From contig CAJFCJ010000019.1 in NCBI GenBank assembly GCA_904063045.1, forward strand, positions 982,570-1,046,569: a DNA stretch of 64,000 nt. The letters run 5' to 3'. Position 1 is the stretch's first letter; every line of letters starts with the position of its first letter. Position numbers and translations under genes: made by a program. This DNA is from Dimorphilus gyrociliatus (lineage: Eukaryota > Animalia > Annelida). The notes under the pieces are model-generated. The model was not told where the DNA came from. It ran no database searches and saw only the letters and a list, made by a program, of their open reading frames with translations. This document shows, one piece after another, positions 27,339 through 39,139 of the stretch.

Positions 27339-30300
27339 TCATAAATGATCAAATATACTAGGCGATTTATGTAAACTTGGATTAGTGGTAGTCATATGGT
27401 TTTTCGCTTTTTTCGCTGGGGGTGTTGGTAAATCACCTCGCTTAGTCTTCGTAGAAGATGGTGAAGTGGCTGTAAAAATAAATCTATTCGATTTTCTTGC
27501 ACTATTTTTCTCAGAAGGAGCTTTAGAATTTTCTCCTATTTTCGCTAAATCTTGGCGACGCCTAGAGAGCAATGATCCAAATGTACTTAGTGACGGCGAT
27601 GGTAAAATTTTTGATTTCTTATCCCGTTTGACAGCTTCCATACCCAATTTCAAAAATTGACTTTCTTGTTCCTCTTCCCCTTCTTTTTCTTTAAGATCTT
27701 CAATTATTTTTTCTCTTTCTAATCGCTCTTTTAACATTTTTAAATCTTCTGGTGGATTGATTAGATCATTATTTGTTGCATCGTTTTCGTCACCTTCTTC
27801 GTCTCCAACGTCATCCTCTTTTCCTGCCCAATCTTCTAATCCCTTCCAACGAAATTTCCTTTTTCGTTTTGAATCGGAGTGCAGGTCTCCATCGGGTAGC
27901 AACAACTCTTGGTAAAGTTTGATGTTCCTATCGTCTTCGTCTAGCATGTTTTTTCTGGTTGAGTAAATAGCAAATACGTAAGAGTGTAATACTTAAAAGG
28001 TAGTAGTAATTCACTTACAAGTGAGCTCTTCCTACTTGATTTCGTAGCTCTTCCTCGTCGACATCTTGAAGATCCTTATCACCTTCTTCTTCAATTAACT
28101 CATCATCCTCTTCGGGATCTTCCTCCTCATCCGAACCAAAGTCTGAACCAGATAATTCCGCTTCTTTCTCAAAGAATTGTTCGACCTTCTCCCTAAACCA
28201 TACCAAAAGCAATTTTAGTATAAACTAGTTAGTCTTAAAGAAATTAAATATAATACATACCGCTTAGAAGAGATCAACCCGTGATATTGATTGACGAGCT
28301 CCTCTTCATTATCACTGAATTCATCATTATCTCCGTCTTGCTCTTCGTCGTCATCATCAGCTTGTAATTGTTTTCCCGGAAACCTTTTCCGATCATCCTC
28401 ATCATCGCTATCCAAGATAAACGCCTTTTTTACACGTCGTCGATCTCTGTTGAAGAACCAATAATTTTATTTACGCTCAAGAAATAAAGTATAATACTCG
28501 CGTTTCTATATCCGATTCATCGCTATCGCAGTTTACTTTTTCCATTTCTTCTTTTTCATCTTCTTTTTCATCATCTTTCTTGACATCTGAATTGACGGGA
28601 AACATTCCAGAGCAAATTTCGAGAACTTCGTCAGTTTCTTTCTGCTGTATCAATGAATTACCAAACGTTCCGGAACATAAACCCAATAATTCTTCTCCAT
28701 CATTTTTATCAAACTTATCGATCGGTAAATCCGATACAGTTACGCCCTTCTTCCTTGGCTTATCCTTCAGCAAACTAATTGGAGATAAGCAATTAAAGCG
28801 GGTCAAAAAAGACAAGAATATATATATATTTAAGTTAACAAACCCGTCTTCATCTAGCAGAAAAGAATGTTCACTTCGAGAATCATCGTGTCTCAATTTT
28901 GGCGTTGAATCAGTTCGTCTTTGAGTTGGTAGGTCAGTTATGAGAGTATCCTGAGAATCGCCGCAAACACTCAATTTCGAACGACTCCTGCTACCTAATT
29001 TTGGTGTCGAATGGCTTATCGTCTGTGCGGCTGGGATTAGCGTTGCGTCAAAGCTCGAGTCAAGGCCGTCTGCTTTCAAAAAATTTGTAATTTTTCTAAG
29101 TGATACTCTAAACTGGATAAATTAGATTTGTACACTTTACCAATCTCCTTAGATGATAATTGAGAAAATGGTCTCTCGCTAACTTTACATTCTATTTGTA
29201 ATACAATAAAAAAAATTGTTACTAATCCCTTTTTTTTTGTCTCTTAATGGTAATAAAACGTATTATGTAATTGAAAACCAACTCGTTACGACGTCGTCAT
29301 TGGATCCAACTGTAGAAGGAGTAGACACTGCGTCATCAAACAGTCCTAAGGGTTCGCGTACGTTTTTCTTTTTAACTTTTGGACTTTGACTAGATTCATC
29401 ATCAGTCTCGACAAGCATCAAGTCATTATCCTCTTCCACTTCGTCATCAATTAATTGGTTCTTGACCGATGATTCCTTAAAGGCCAGAATAATAATAACA
29501 ACAACAAGAATAAAAGATTAGATAAAGAGAAAATCTTCATATGCTTAACGCAATCTGGTATACCTCATCTTCAAGTTCATCCTCATCTATTTCCTCATCC
29601 TCCTCAAATTCCTCGATATCAGTGTCGCTTTGATCTGTTAATTCTAATTCGTCCTCCTCCACGTCCTAGATGTAGAATGTTAAACATAATTAGAAAACAA
29701 ATGCCCAAACTGTAATAGTAACGTACATCTTGCGTTACATCTTCATTATCAAGGGCGTATACTTGATGCTTCTGTTTTCTAAGGGCAGAACGTTTCTTTT
29801 TCATCTCTTCCTTTAACTTTTCCTGAATTTTCGCATATTGTATCCCTTTAAAAAGAGAGAAAAATCCTTCTCCTTATACCGTTCATTGGTTATTAACAGT
29901 ATTTTTTATAATTAAGCCTATAAGCCAGCAAAGAGCCTATTAATTTTAAAAATTAACCTACTAGAATTGGTTTTATCTTCGTCAGAGACGTTCAACCTCA
30001 ATGGAACTTTTTCCGCCGTTAATTCTATCCGGCCATTAACCTCTTTCTTCTCTATTGTACTGTTTTTTGTTGTTGTTTTTAAATTGAAAACGAAAATACG
30101 AATTAATAAAATAGAACAAAATTGTTTTAGAACACTGCATATTTACTTTAGATGGTAAACATCTTTCTTGTTAGTTTGCGATGGCTGAACGTGCTTAGCA
30201 GCACGTGTTTGAAGGTCAACTAATCCAGTATTCTCTTCTTCCTCATCTAAATCAATAATGGATCCTGAGCCGATGGATAAAGAAGGTTTACAGGATAAGT

Positions 30301-31965
30301 TTATCGAAGAGAGTTTCGGGGTTAATTTGGTCGTATTCTGAGTGAGAGTAGAAGATACTGGCGTTTTAGCCCTATTCAGACTTTCATCTCCGTCAATATC
30401 AGGTAAAACTGGATCCATATAAGGCAAACTAACATCCCCATCTTCATCGCATTCGAATAATTTCCTATGTATATCAATATTTTCTTTAACTGTAAAAATC
30501 CTTTCCTCCTTGTTTAATTTGTCGCAATTATTATGGCAATTATCGTCTGCAAACTTCTTTAAAGTTGGACTATTCCCCTGAGTAGAACTAAAAATAAACC
30601 GTAATGAATTTACTTTATTCGACCTTATAAGGGAGGAAGAAAGAGAAAGAGCGAGGGAGAGAAAGAGAGAAAAAAGAAATGTTTTTTACTTAAAATTTGC
30701 GTCCAAATCCTTTTTGAGGAGGGATGATCGTTTCTGTTGAGATCTTTGTAGGAATTCTTGTAATTTAGTAGTAGATGGTTTGTGATAAGGGATATTAATA
30801 TCGGATTCTATAAAAAGAAGAGGAAGAGAAAAGAAAGGATGAAAGGAATGAGTTAATAATTATTTTAATTAGATTATTCCAATTTAATAAATAAACTTAA
30901 AAAAAAAGGAATTTTTAATTAAGAAATAAACCTCTAATTAATCTTTGCGTTTCACTCTGTAAATTCGTCTCCTTCGATTTCTTATTTACATCCGATTTAA
31001 GCTTTCTCTGACGATTTCCGCTCTTAGATTTTTTCGATGCGCCCTGCAGCCGAAATACTACTTAAAAACAAATTTCAAATCTGGAGGAAAAGATATCTAT
31101 CACCTGAGCTAATCGCCTCCTTAGGCTCTCACTGATTGCATGTTCGTTTTCATCTTCGTTACTATCGCCTCCGTCTTCTTCATTATCACTACTAGAGGTC
31201 ATTCCATTGTCATAAATCTTTGAGCATTTCTGAAAGAAATAAGAAAAAGAGTTAATTTGATAAAAAAAACAAGAAAAAAAAGCACAGCAAAAAGGCTCTG
31301 GAGGGATTCGAACCCTCGATCTCCTGTTTACTAGACAGGCGCTTTAACCAACTAAGCCACAGAGCCACTACGCTTTTACGCCAATTTTTATAGTATAAAT
31401 ATAGAAACTATATATACACATATGAGCATAGAGCAAAGCGTTTTCGTGTAATTGAAATTATTAAGCCATTCTACATGTGTTAACGTAAAAAAAAGAGGTT
31501 TCATTAAAAAATTCGCATTACTTTACTATTAGTTGGAGAAGTTTCCTCATCAGAAAAATAGGTAGATTTTTTTACTTTAGAAATTTCTTCATCTGAATTA
31601 TCGTCGCTAAATTTATCGTTACAAGTTGTCTCTAGTTTTAAAGTCTCTATTTCGTGTTGTTCTTTAATTTCTTCTGACTCAGAATCTGAATCCTTTATGT
31701 AGGATGCCTGCCACAATTCGTTGTAAATTATTTACTATATTTTATGGTAAACAAACTGATTATTTATCAAAACAAACCTTGGTACGTTTTCTCACGAAGG
31801 ATAATTTCAAATCGTCCTCATCGGATGATACTTGATCGTTATTATCCTTGGAAGAAGATTCATTTACCGGCGATTGAATTATATCCTATAAACGCAATAT
31901 ATAGTCAAAATTATGCTAAAATTTCCCTCTTCTTTTCTTACCTGGGTTCGTTCCGTATCCGTCAT
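27339..31965 (-). CDS. CLSPN: Claspin (Chk1 adaptor), multi-exon
   Basis: Two Chk1-binding repeats (EELLGLCSGTF, DEVLEICSGMF). Conserved C-terminal block FFEKEAELSGSD...EELRNQVGRAHL...LDEDDRNIKLYQELLLPDGDLHSD...RKFRWK. Acidic composition. First exon ATG...CAG|GTAAG at 31965-31942. Confidence 0.9.
31293..31366 (-). tRNA. tRNA-Thr (anticodon AGT)
   Basis: Reverse complement is GGCTCTGTGGCTTAGTTGGTTAAAGCGCCTGTCTAGTAAACAGGAGATCGAGGGTTCGAATCCCTCCAGAGCCT. All four stems pair, A and B boxes are intact, and an oligo-T terminator follows. Confidence 0.97.
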
Positions 31966-32028
31966 TATCATATTAAAACTTTCAACTAGATAATGTAATT
32001 AGATTACACCATTGTATACATATTAAAG

Positions 32029-32069
32029 TTGGCGCAAATTTTCAAGTTATTGTACTCTACGCATGCGCA
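32029..32069. promoter_or_regulatory. E2F-like (TTGGCGC) and NRF1-like (ACGCATGCGCA) motifs upstream of Claspin
   Basis: Motifs lie 64-104 nt upstream of the Claspin ATG. Claspin is an established E2F target in mammals; function here is inferred. Confidence 0.35.
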
Positions 32070-33525
32070 ACAATTTGCCCGTGGTTACGAGTTCCGATCA
32101 ATTTCTTTAAGGTATACTCCATTACGGAATACATGACAACTAATTGAAATATTGTATTCGAAAAGAGAAAAGAAAGCAAAGACCAAACGAAAACTCAGCT
32201 TGAAAGATTAATTATATGTAATAATGGATAATTTATAAGCAAAATATGAGATTTTCTTTAATGATCATATTTCAAGCTATTTTTATATTGAAAATTTGGC
32301 GAAGGTGCCTGGAAAGAGAACTAAATTAGCTAGAATGTTTTCATCCGTAAGAAAAAAAATACCATTAAAGTAAATCCACTTCGTTAGACAGTATAGAAAG
32401 ATAACACCAAAATAAGACGGGTAAGCTTTGGAATGGGAAAAGAACTTTTTGTTGGAAATCATTGAAGCTCAACCTTATTTAATCATATCATACTCAGAAA
32501 TAGAAGGGAAGAGATTGAAAATATCCTTCGATAGGAAAAACAAGCTAAATTCTAAGACGTACCAATTCTATACGAAAGAGGGTAGACTGTAAAGGCGCCC
32601 AAATATTCTAAAAGGAGCTCTTAAATCGCGCTTAGTACTTTTATCGAACAATAATGCTGTAAAGATCTGATTGTTCCAGAAAGTATACAAACTTACGGAA
32701 CGTAATGGAATCAAAGTATTACTGTTAATGTGTTATTATCTAAAATGCATGTATCACGAAAAGCTGCTGGCAGGTTAGTTCATTACATTAAGAAAAAAGG
32801 AAATGGTATAATTTCCCTGTCTCTACAGATGTCCTTTACAATTAATTGTTAAGTATGGAGAAATCTATTGGGCTTTCGGATAATATTGTTCAAGGTTAAA
32901 ATTTAATTGAATAGGGCACATTTTAAGAAAATGCAAAAGATAAGGAAAAGCTTGTTAGCCAGAATACATCAAATAGGGAAAACAAGCATTTGAGCGTAAA
33001 AGCTTAGAGAATTAATTATGTTAATTATTTTTTAAAGAAATAACCAAAATCGTCTAAGAAGAATAATGTGAAAAGAAATTTATTTATAAGATGAAAGCTT
33101 CAAGACTGAAAAATTTCTGGAAGCAAAAGACGACGTTTCTTTCTACTTTGCTTTATATTTACAATAAAGAGCGTGTCTGTAGCATCTTTCCTTTGGATTA
33201 CTTTTTTCTCACTGTTAATGATGATATACTTACTGAATTATCTTTGTAGTTTTATGCTTTGAAATTTTCTTTCGTTTTGTTTTTTGCCCAGTGTTTTTTT
33301 TGTTACTATGCATAATATTAATTCGTGTAAATTGCACATATGTTCTCCCAAGGTGAAATGTTTGAAGAAAACTAATTTCAAATTTTACGCGGGCTTCTCA
33401 AGTATTTACTGGGATACGAACTCCTCGTATTAATAATGACACCAGGTGAAATAGATCAAACGGTCGCCTGTTTTCTCACATTTACTAAGTTATCTAAGTT
33501 CAAGTTCACACATACTATAAAAGAA

Positions 33526-34612
33526 ATGCTCTTTCTTCTCTTCCTTGCCGGTTTCATCGCCTTTCTTGCAGTTTTTCTATTTGCAGATGCCGATTTGTTG
33601 ACTCTATATTATGAGAGATTTGGATTAAAAGCTGGTAAGGGAATAGGGTCTTGTTTACGTATTGTGCTCTTTAATTGATTTCATTCTGAAATTTATTTAT
33701 TATTTAGACTCATTAAGGGGAAAGGTCATTTGGATAACTGGAGCATCGAGTGGAATAGGGGAATATACTGCTTATGAGTTATCCAAAGTGAATTGTTCAC
33801 TTATCTTATCTGCACGTCGAAAGAGCGAATTGGAAAGAGTAGCGTCAAAATGTAGAACTCTCGGCCCAGTGGATGTTGTAGTGCTACCGTTGGACGTGAC
33901 CGATGCAACGAGTCAGAAGAATTGCTTCGATAAAATTATCGAACAATTCGGGCGAATAGATGTACTATATAATAACGCGGGCCGTTCCCAGCAAGCCGAC
34001 GCCCTTAAAACTGAGTTAAAAGCCGATCACGACATTTTCGACATTAATTTTATATATTGCATAAGTCTCGCTAAAATTGTTCTTAATCACATGAAGGAAA
34101 TCGGTAGCGGTCAAGTTGCCTTTACTTCCAGTATTGCGGGTAAATTAGGTTCGCCCCGTCAAGCCATGTATTGCGCCACTAAACACGCATTGCACGGTTG
34201 GGTAGCTGCCACCCGTTTCGAATTAGGTGAAACAGATATTATACTCCAGCTACTATGTCCTGGACCAGTTGTCTCTGATATAAGAAAATGTTCCTTTACG
34301 GAAGTTTCGGGAAAAGAATTTGGTGGGGAAGATCCCAACGCTAAAAAGAAGATGTCCACTGAAAGATGTGCTAAGCTAATGGTAGTGGCAGTTGCAAATA
34401 AAATAGGCGAGAGTTGGATAACAAAACAACCAATCCTCCTAGTGACTTATATTGGACAGTATATACCAGTCCTTTTCGCATGGTAGCAGCCCTTAATTAA
34501 GTCTTTAAGTTTCCTCTTTTTAAACCTTCCTCTTTTTTTTCCTTAATGCAGGATGGCAAGAACGCTGTCGGGTAAAGTTGTGCAAAGGTTACGTTACGGT
34601 AAAAAGGACTAA
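33526..34612 (+). CDS. DHRS7: Short-chain dehydrogenase/reductase, DHRS7-like; exons 33526-33634, 33708-34482, 34552-34612
   Basis: N-terminal hydrophobic anchor followed by ADADLLTL, TGASSGIG cofactor motif, NNAG, catalytic YCATK, CPGPV; introns are phase-consistent. Confidence 0.85.
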
Positions 34613-35759
34613 GACGATTAACCTTTCTATCTTATACTTTTACTACGAACAATGAAAGTTATTAGACATGAAAGGTAAAAAAAAGCAAAATTGATATAAA
34701 ACTACCCTTTCAGTTGATGGAGAGGGAAATAAATGAAATTATTCCACTTGTAAAAGTTATTATGATTACTCAGAGAAGAGAAACGGGGAGAAGAATGCTA
34801 GAAAACATATTTTGTTTAATATTCATAGCAAATCGCTATTGGAAAATGATTCTGAAATGAAACAATTCCGTCTTAAGAAAAAACAAACATTCTTTTTCCA
34901 CAAAAGTGAATCCCCGTCAATCGGTAGTTTTGTCTAATATATATATAATCACCTGTTTCTCTATTATCAAAATTCTTTTTATCCTCTTTACTCCTTTCCC
35001 CTGTTAGTTCTAACATAAGCTTTAACGGTGTCCAGAAAAATCAGCCTATGATGACGTAATATAAAATTTTCTTTAGCATTACTAATCTACTTCGCATTCG
35101 TTAAATTATTATCTAGAAATAAAATAATCTTCAGTTTTTTCTCATTCTTTTCGAAGGTAAACAAAAGATTTTTTTTTCTTTATGTCTAATCAAACTAGTT
35201 TACTTATCTATAAGATTGCATGGTTGTTACCTATATTCGACAAAATCAAAATATTAACTTTAGTCCCAAATATAGGCTGACTATGACTAAGAACAATACA
35301 GATTAGTCATACTTTCTTACGCAATAATTAGGTGTAGAGTCGCAGATTAGAAAGTGTATGAGATACTTAAAAAATCTTGAATAGAATAAAGGTAAAAAAT
35401 AGAAAAAAAAGAAAAAAGAAAAAACGATGATAGATTTAAGTTGTTAGCGGTAATTTGCTAATAGCTTCGTAAATACCCTGGAAACGGTACCGTATACGCT
35501 TCATTAAATTCGGTAGAAGTTCTTTGTAAAAAATCTATCCATTCAAGTGACTCGCGTGATGACGAGATTTTTTTTTATCTCGGATTACCTTACAACATAA
35601 TAACCCGCAGTCAATAATATAATTCTATAATAAGTGGAGCGTTAAGACTAAAGACGGAAGAGGGAGGAAGAAAGAATGGAAGTTGGGGAACATGCGCAAA
35701 ATTTATATTGTACATTTCGCGGGTAATGTTTGATAAAAAAAAACTAGACACGATTGCTG

Positions 35760-35794
35760 ATTGGCTGCTGTCAATACAAAACGGTCATATAAAA
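35760..35794 (+). promoter_or_regulatory. Candidate core promoter of the 72-aa ORF: inverted CCAAT (35760-35764) and TATAAAA (35788-35794)
   Basis: Both motifs are visible about 110-150 nt upstream of ATG 35907, which has A at -3. Function is inferred. Confidence 0.45.
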
Positions 35795-35906
35795 GCCCAA
35801 TCAGGTCGAGTTATATAGCAAATTAGTTAGTGTCGATATATTTTCACCTTCGTTCAAAAAATAAACTTTTTATATATTTATCATACTCAAAAAATAAAGC
35901 AAGAGA

Positions 35907-36125
35907 ATGAATAACGCTGACGACCGAATATACCACGCTGTAATAATCAAAAAGGACGAGGAACTCGTTAAAGTTGCCGCCAGTTTAAGGGGCATTGCCG
36001 ATACCTTTGAAGAGCAATTTAAGAGGAGGAGGACGTCGGCCACAACCTCTGCCACTGCCTTGTGCGTAATAGGTAGAATGATCCCCCTAATCTACCGTTT
36101 TTACCAGGATTATCTTCTCAGCTGA
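35907..36125 (+). CDS. Putative BH3-only pro-apoptotic microprotein (72 aa, single coding exon)
   Basis: VAASLRGIADTFEEQFKRRR fits the BH3 consensus (hydrophobic-x3-L-x2-hydrophobic-[G/A]-D-x-hydrophobic). It aligns without gaps to the recalled PUMA BH3 IGAQLRRMADDLNAQYERRR. Hydrophobic C-terminal tail and upstream TATA box. Confidence 0.6.
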   Translation: MNNADDRIYHAVIIKKDEELVKVAASLRGIADTFEEQFKRRRTSATTSATALCVIGRMIPLIYRFYQDYLLS

Positions 36126-36692
36126 TCAGCCTTTACATGAAGTATTCCTTAATGTATAATAAGACAGCAGTTATTTTTTTTTCAAGGTGAGATTGTTTTT
36201 AACGTTCTTTGTTCTTTTTTTTATTTATATATTCGAATATGATTATTATTTTCAAAACCTAGAGAATAATTAGGTTACTGCTTATCTGTCTTTAATTTTC
36301 TCAGTTCATTAATTAAATTTCAGATCTCAAAACGCTTTAAGAAACAATCAACTTTTGAGCTGATGATTCTGTTGTGTACATTACACACATGCGCATAAAC
36401 AGTACACGGTTGATGATTAGATCATCATGTATACATATATATACATGATATACTTATATATATATACATATATATATATCTTTTATTTTTATTATTCATT
36501 AAATATTTTAATAAGATATTATTAATTATTTATTTTATATATATCAACATGCAATTATACATTTGTATAAGTAATCGCTTAAAAATGACTGCTTTCTCAC
36601 CATTTTTTTATATCTTTTTTTCTTAACTTGTTAATTGTTTTTTTTCTAAAGAATGTTTTGTATATTTTGCTTTTGTATATTTCTTTTATTAT

Positions 36693-37606
36693 NNNNNNNN
36701 NNNNNNNNNNNNNNNNNNNNNNNNNNNNNNNNNNNNNNNNNNNNNNNNNNNNNNNNNNNNNNNNNNNNNNNNNNNNNNNNNNNNNNNNNNNNNNNNNNNN
36801 NNNNNNNNNNNNNNNNNNNNNNNNNNNNNNNNNNNNNNNNNNNNNNNNNNNNNNNNNNNNNNNNNNNNNNNNNNNNNNNNNNNNNNNNNNNNNNNNNNNN
36901 NNNNNNNNNNNNNNNNNNNNNNNNNNNNNNNNNNNNNNNNNNNNNNNNNNNNNNNNNNNNNNNNNNNNNNNNNNNNNNNNNNNNNNNNNNNNNNNNNNNN
37001 NNNNNNNNNNNNNNNNNNNNNNNNNNNNNNNNNNNNNNNNNNNNNNNNNNNNNNNNNNNNNNNNNNNNNNNNNNNNNNNNNNNNNNNNNNNNNNNNNNNN
37101 NNNNNNNNNNNNNNNNNNNNNNNNNNNNNNNNNNNNNNNNNNNNNNNNNNNNNNNNNNNNNNNNNNNNNNNNNNNNNNNNNNNNNNNNNNNNNNNNNNNN
37201 NNNNNNNNNNNNNNNNNNNNNNNNNNNNNNNNNNNNNNNNNNNNNNNNNNNNNNNNNNNNNNNNNNNNNNNNNNNNNNNNNNNNNNNNNNNNNNNNNNNN
37301 NNNNNNNNNNNNNNNNNNNNNNNNNNNNNNNNNNNNNNNNNNNNNNNNNNNNNNNNNNNNNNNNNNNNNNNNNNNNNNNNNNNNNNNNNNNNNNNNNNNN
37401 NNNNNNNNNNNNNNNNNNNNNNNNNNNNNNNNNNNNNNNNNNNNNNNNNNNNNNNNNNNNNNNNNNNNNNNNNNNNNNNNNNNNNNNNNNNNNNNNNNNN
37501 NNNNNNNNNNNNNNNNNNNNNNNNNNNNNNNNNNNNNNNNNNNNNNNNNNNNNNNNNNNNNNNNNNNNNNNNNNNNNNNNNNNNNNNNNNNNNNNNNNNN
37601 NNNNNN
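36693..37606. other. Assembly gap (914 N)
   Basis: Run of N; the ORFs spanning it are artefacts. Confidence 0.99.
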
Positions 37607-37773
37607 ACATACTTTATAATAAAAAAAAAGAATAGTTTTCATCTTCACAGCAAACCTTTGTTTGTTTGTTTTCAATAGTAAACAATAGAATCGTTCGTTG
37701 TTAAATGTTCGATTTTTTCTTTTTTTTGTTTTTTATCTTTAAAAAGAAAATCATAATTAAAAATAGTTTTTCT

Positions 37774-39139
37774 TCAAATGTGCTTGAGTAGTTCGACTGC
37801 AAGACTGCAACTTAAGCCTGTTCCATCCGATTCAACTAGCAGCTTTTTTACAACACCATCTTGGATATACATTGCGTAGCGCTTAGATCGAACGTTTCCA
37901 AGCACGTTCGTCAGATCCAATTGCATATCAATCGCCTTCGTAAACTCTCCATCCGCATCGGCGAACATCCTTATCTAACGACGGGTAAAGAATAAGATTT
38001 ATATAAACCGTTTTTACGTTAAAATTAAATGCAGAACAATAATTTTTTTTTTTCTATAAAAGATGTTTGTCTCACTCACAAACTTACCTTACCATCGGCT
38101 CCTTGGTGTTTACCCCAAGCATCCATGACAAAAGCATCGTTTACGGATAAGCAGGCGATAGTCGTGATTCCTTTCTCTATAAATTTAGAGTAATTTTCGA
38201 CATAACCGGGTAAGTGTTTCTGCAAAGGTTGATGGGAAGTTAGTATTTAGAATTAATATCTTATTTTGAAATACTAGCGCTAATAATAATAAGAAATCTT
38301 TTATAGATTAAGGAATCGGAAGCTACAAAATTAACATTTAACCCGGTGAATAAAAAAAAAAAAAACAAAGGGAGAAAATGCTTCATATCTCTTTTTGATT
38401 GTTGTTTTTTTTAAAAAGAAATCTGAGCTGCCCAAAAAAAAAGCATTGGAAAATACAAGCGATCGAATAGGCGAGATTAGAAGTATATATTATTATCACA
38501 TTGAATAATATGAATATTATAAATAAATATATATATATCAATAAGAATTGTATGTTATTTTTTTTCTTTACTTTAAATAAAAGCTATTATTATTTTTTTA
38601 ATAATAATTCTTAACTATCGATTTTATTGTTTACCTCCGGTGAGATGGAATGAGATAAGAATTTACGTCTCTGAAATTAGTAAGTACTTTGTGCTATAAT
38701 AAAACGAACTAAAAGGAAATTCTATAATTCATATTTTTTTTTCTATTTTTATTATATTATTAATAAATCAGGTTAAATAACTTTTGTCTAATCAAATAAA
38801 AATGATAATGAAATTTTTACTATATAAAAATTATTTATTGTTTTCATACTAATATTTCTTTATAAAGATTAAAAAGTAATATTTTTTTTTTTTTTAAAAA
38901 TCTCTATATATATTAAATATTTACTGTATTACAGTAGTCTATTAAATAGGCTGTATTTATAAATATAGTTGAGTACTCACCTTATCGCATCCAGGCGTAA
39001 AGGCACCTGGGACGGCAAATAGGACGCCCTTTCCTTTTGCAAATACCTCACCAATATAAAATTTCGAGCCCGGTTCGCCTTCAGACACTTCTAAATTGGG
39101 TAGTTTATCACCTTCCTGTAACGTTTGTTGTTTTTGCAT
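37774..39139 (-). CDS. PRDX5: Peroxiredoxin-5 (atypical 2-Cys); core exons 39139-38981, about 38220-38089, and about 37974-37774
   Basis: VPGAFTPGC (peroxidatic Cys), KHLPGYV, ACLSVNDAFVMDAWG, RSKRYAM, DGTGLSCSLA (resolving Cys); phase-0 GT-AG introns. Confidence 0.95.

Noticed and set aside
32230-33010. Possible cryptic gene between Claspin and DHRS7 (short open frames, splice-like sites, ATATCCTT U12-like donor at 32521)
   Set aside because: I could not build a phase-consistent model with a start codon, and there is no convincing U12 branch point or AC acceptor.
35682-35700. p53 response element upstream of the BH3-like ORF (GAACATGCGC)
   Set aside because: Only one mismatched half-site, with no adjacent second decamer.
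36597-37678. Four ORFs of about 330-340 aa
   Set aside because: They consist of X residues spanning the N gap.
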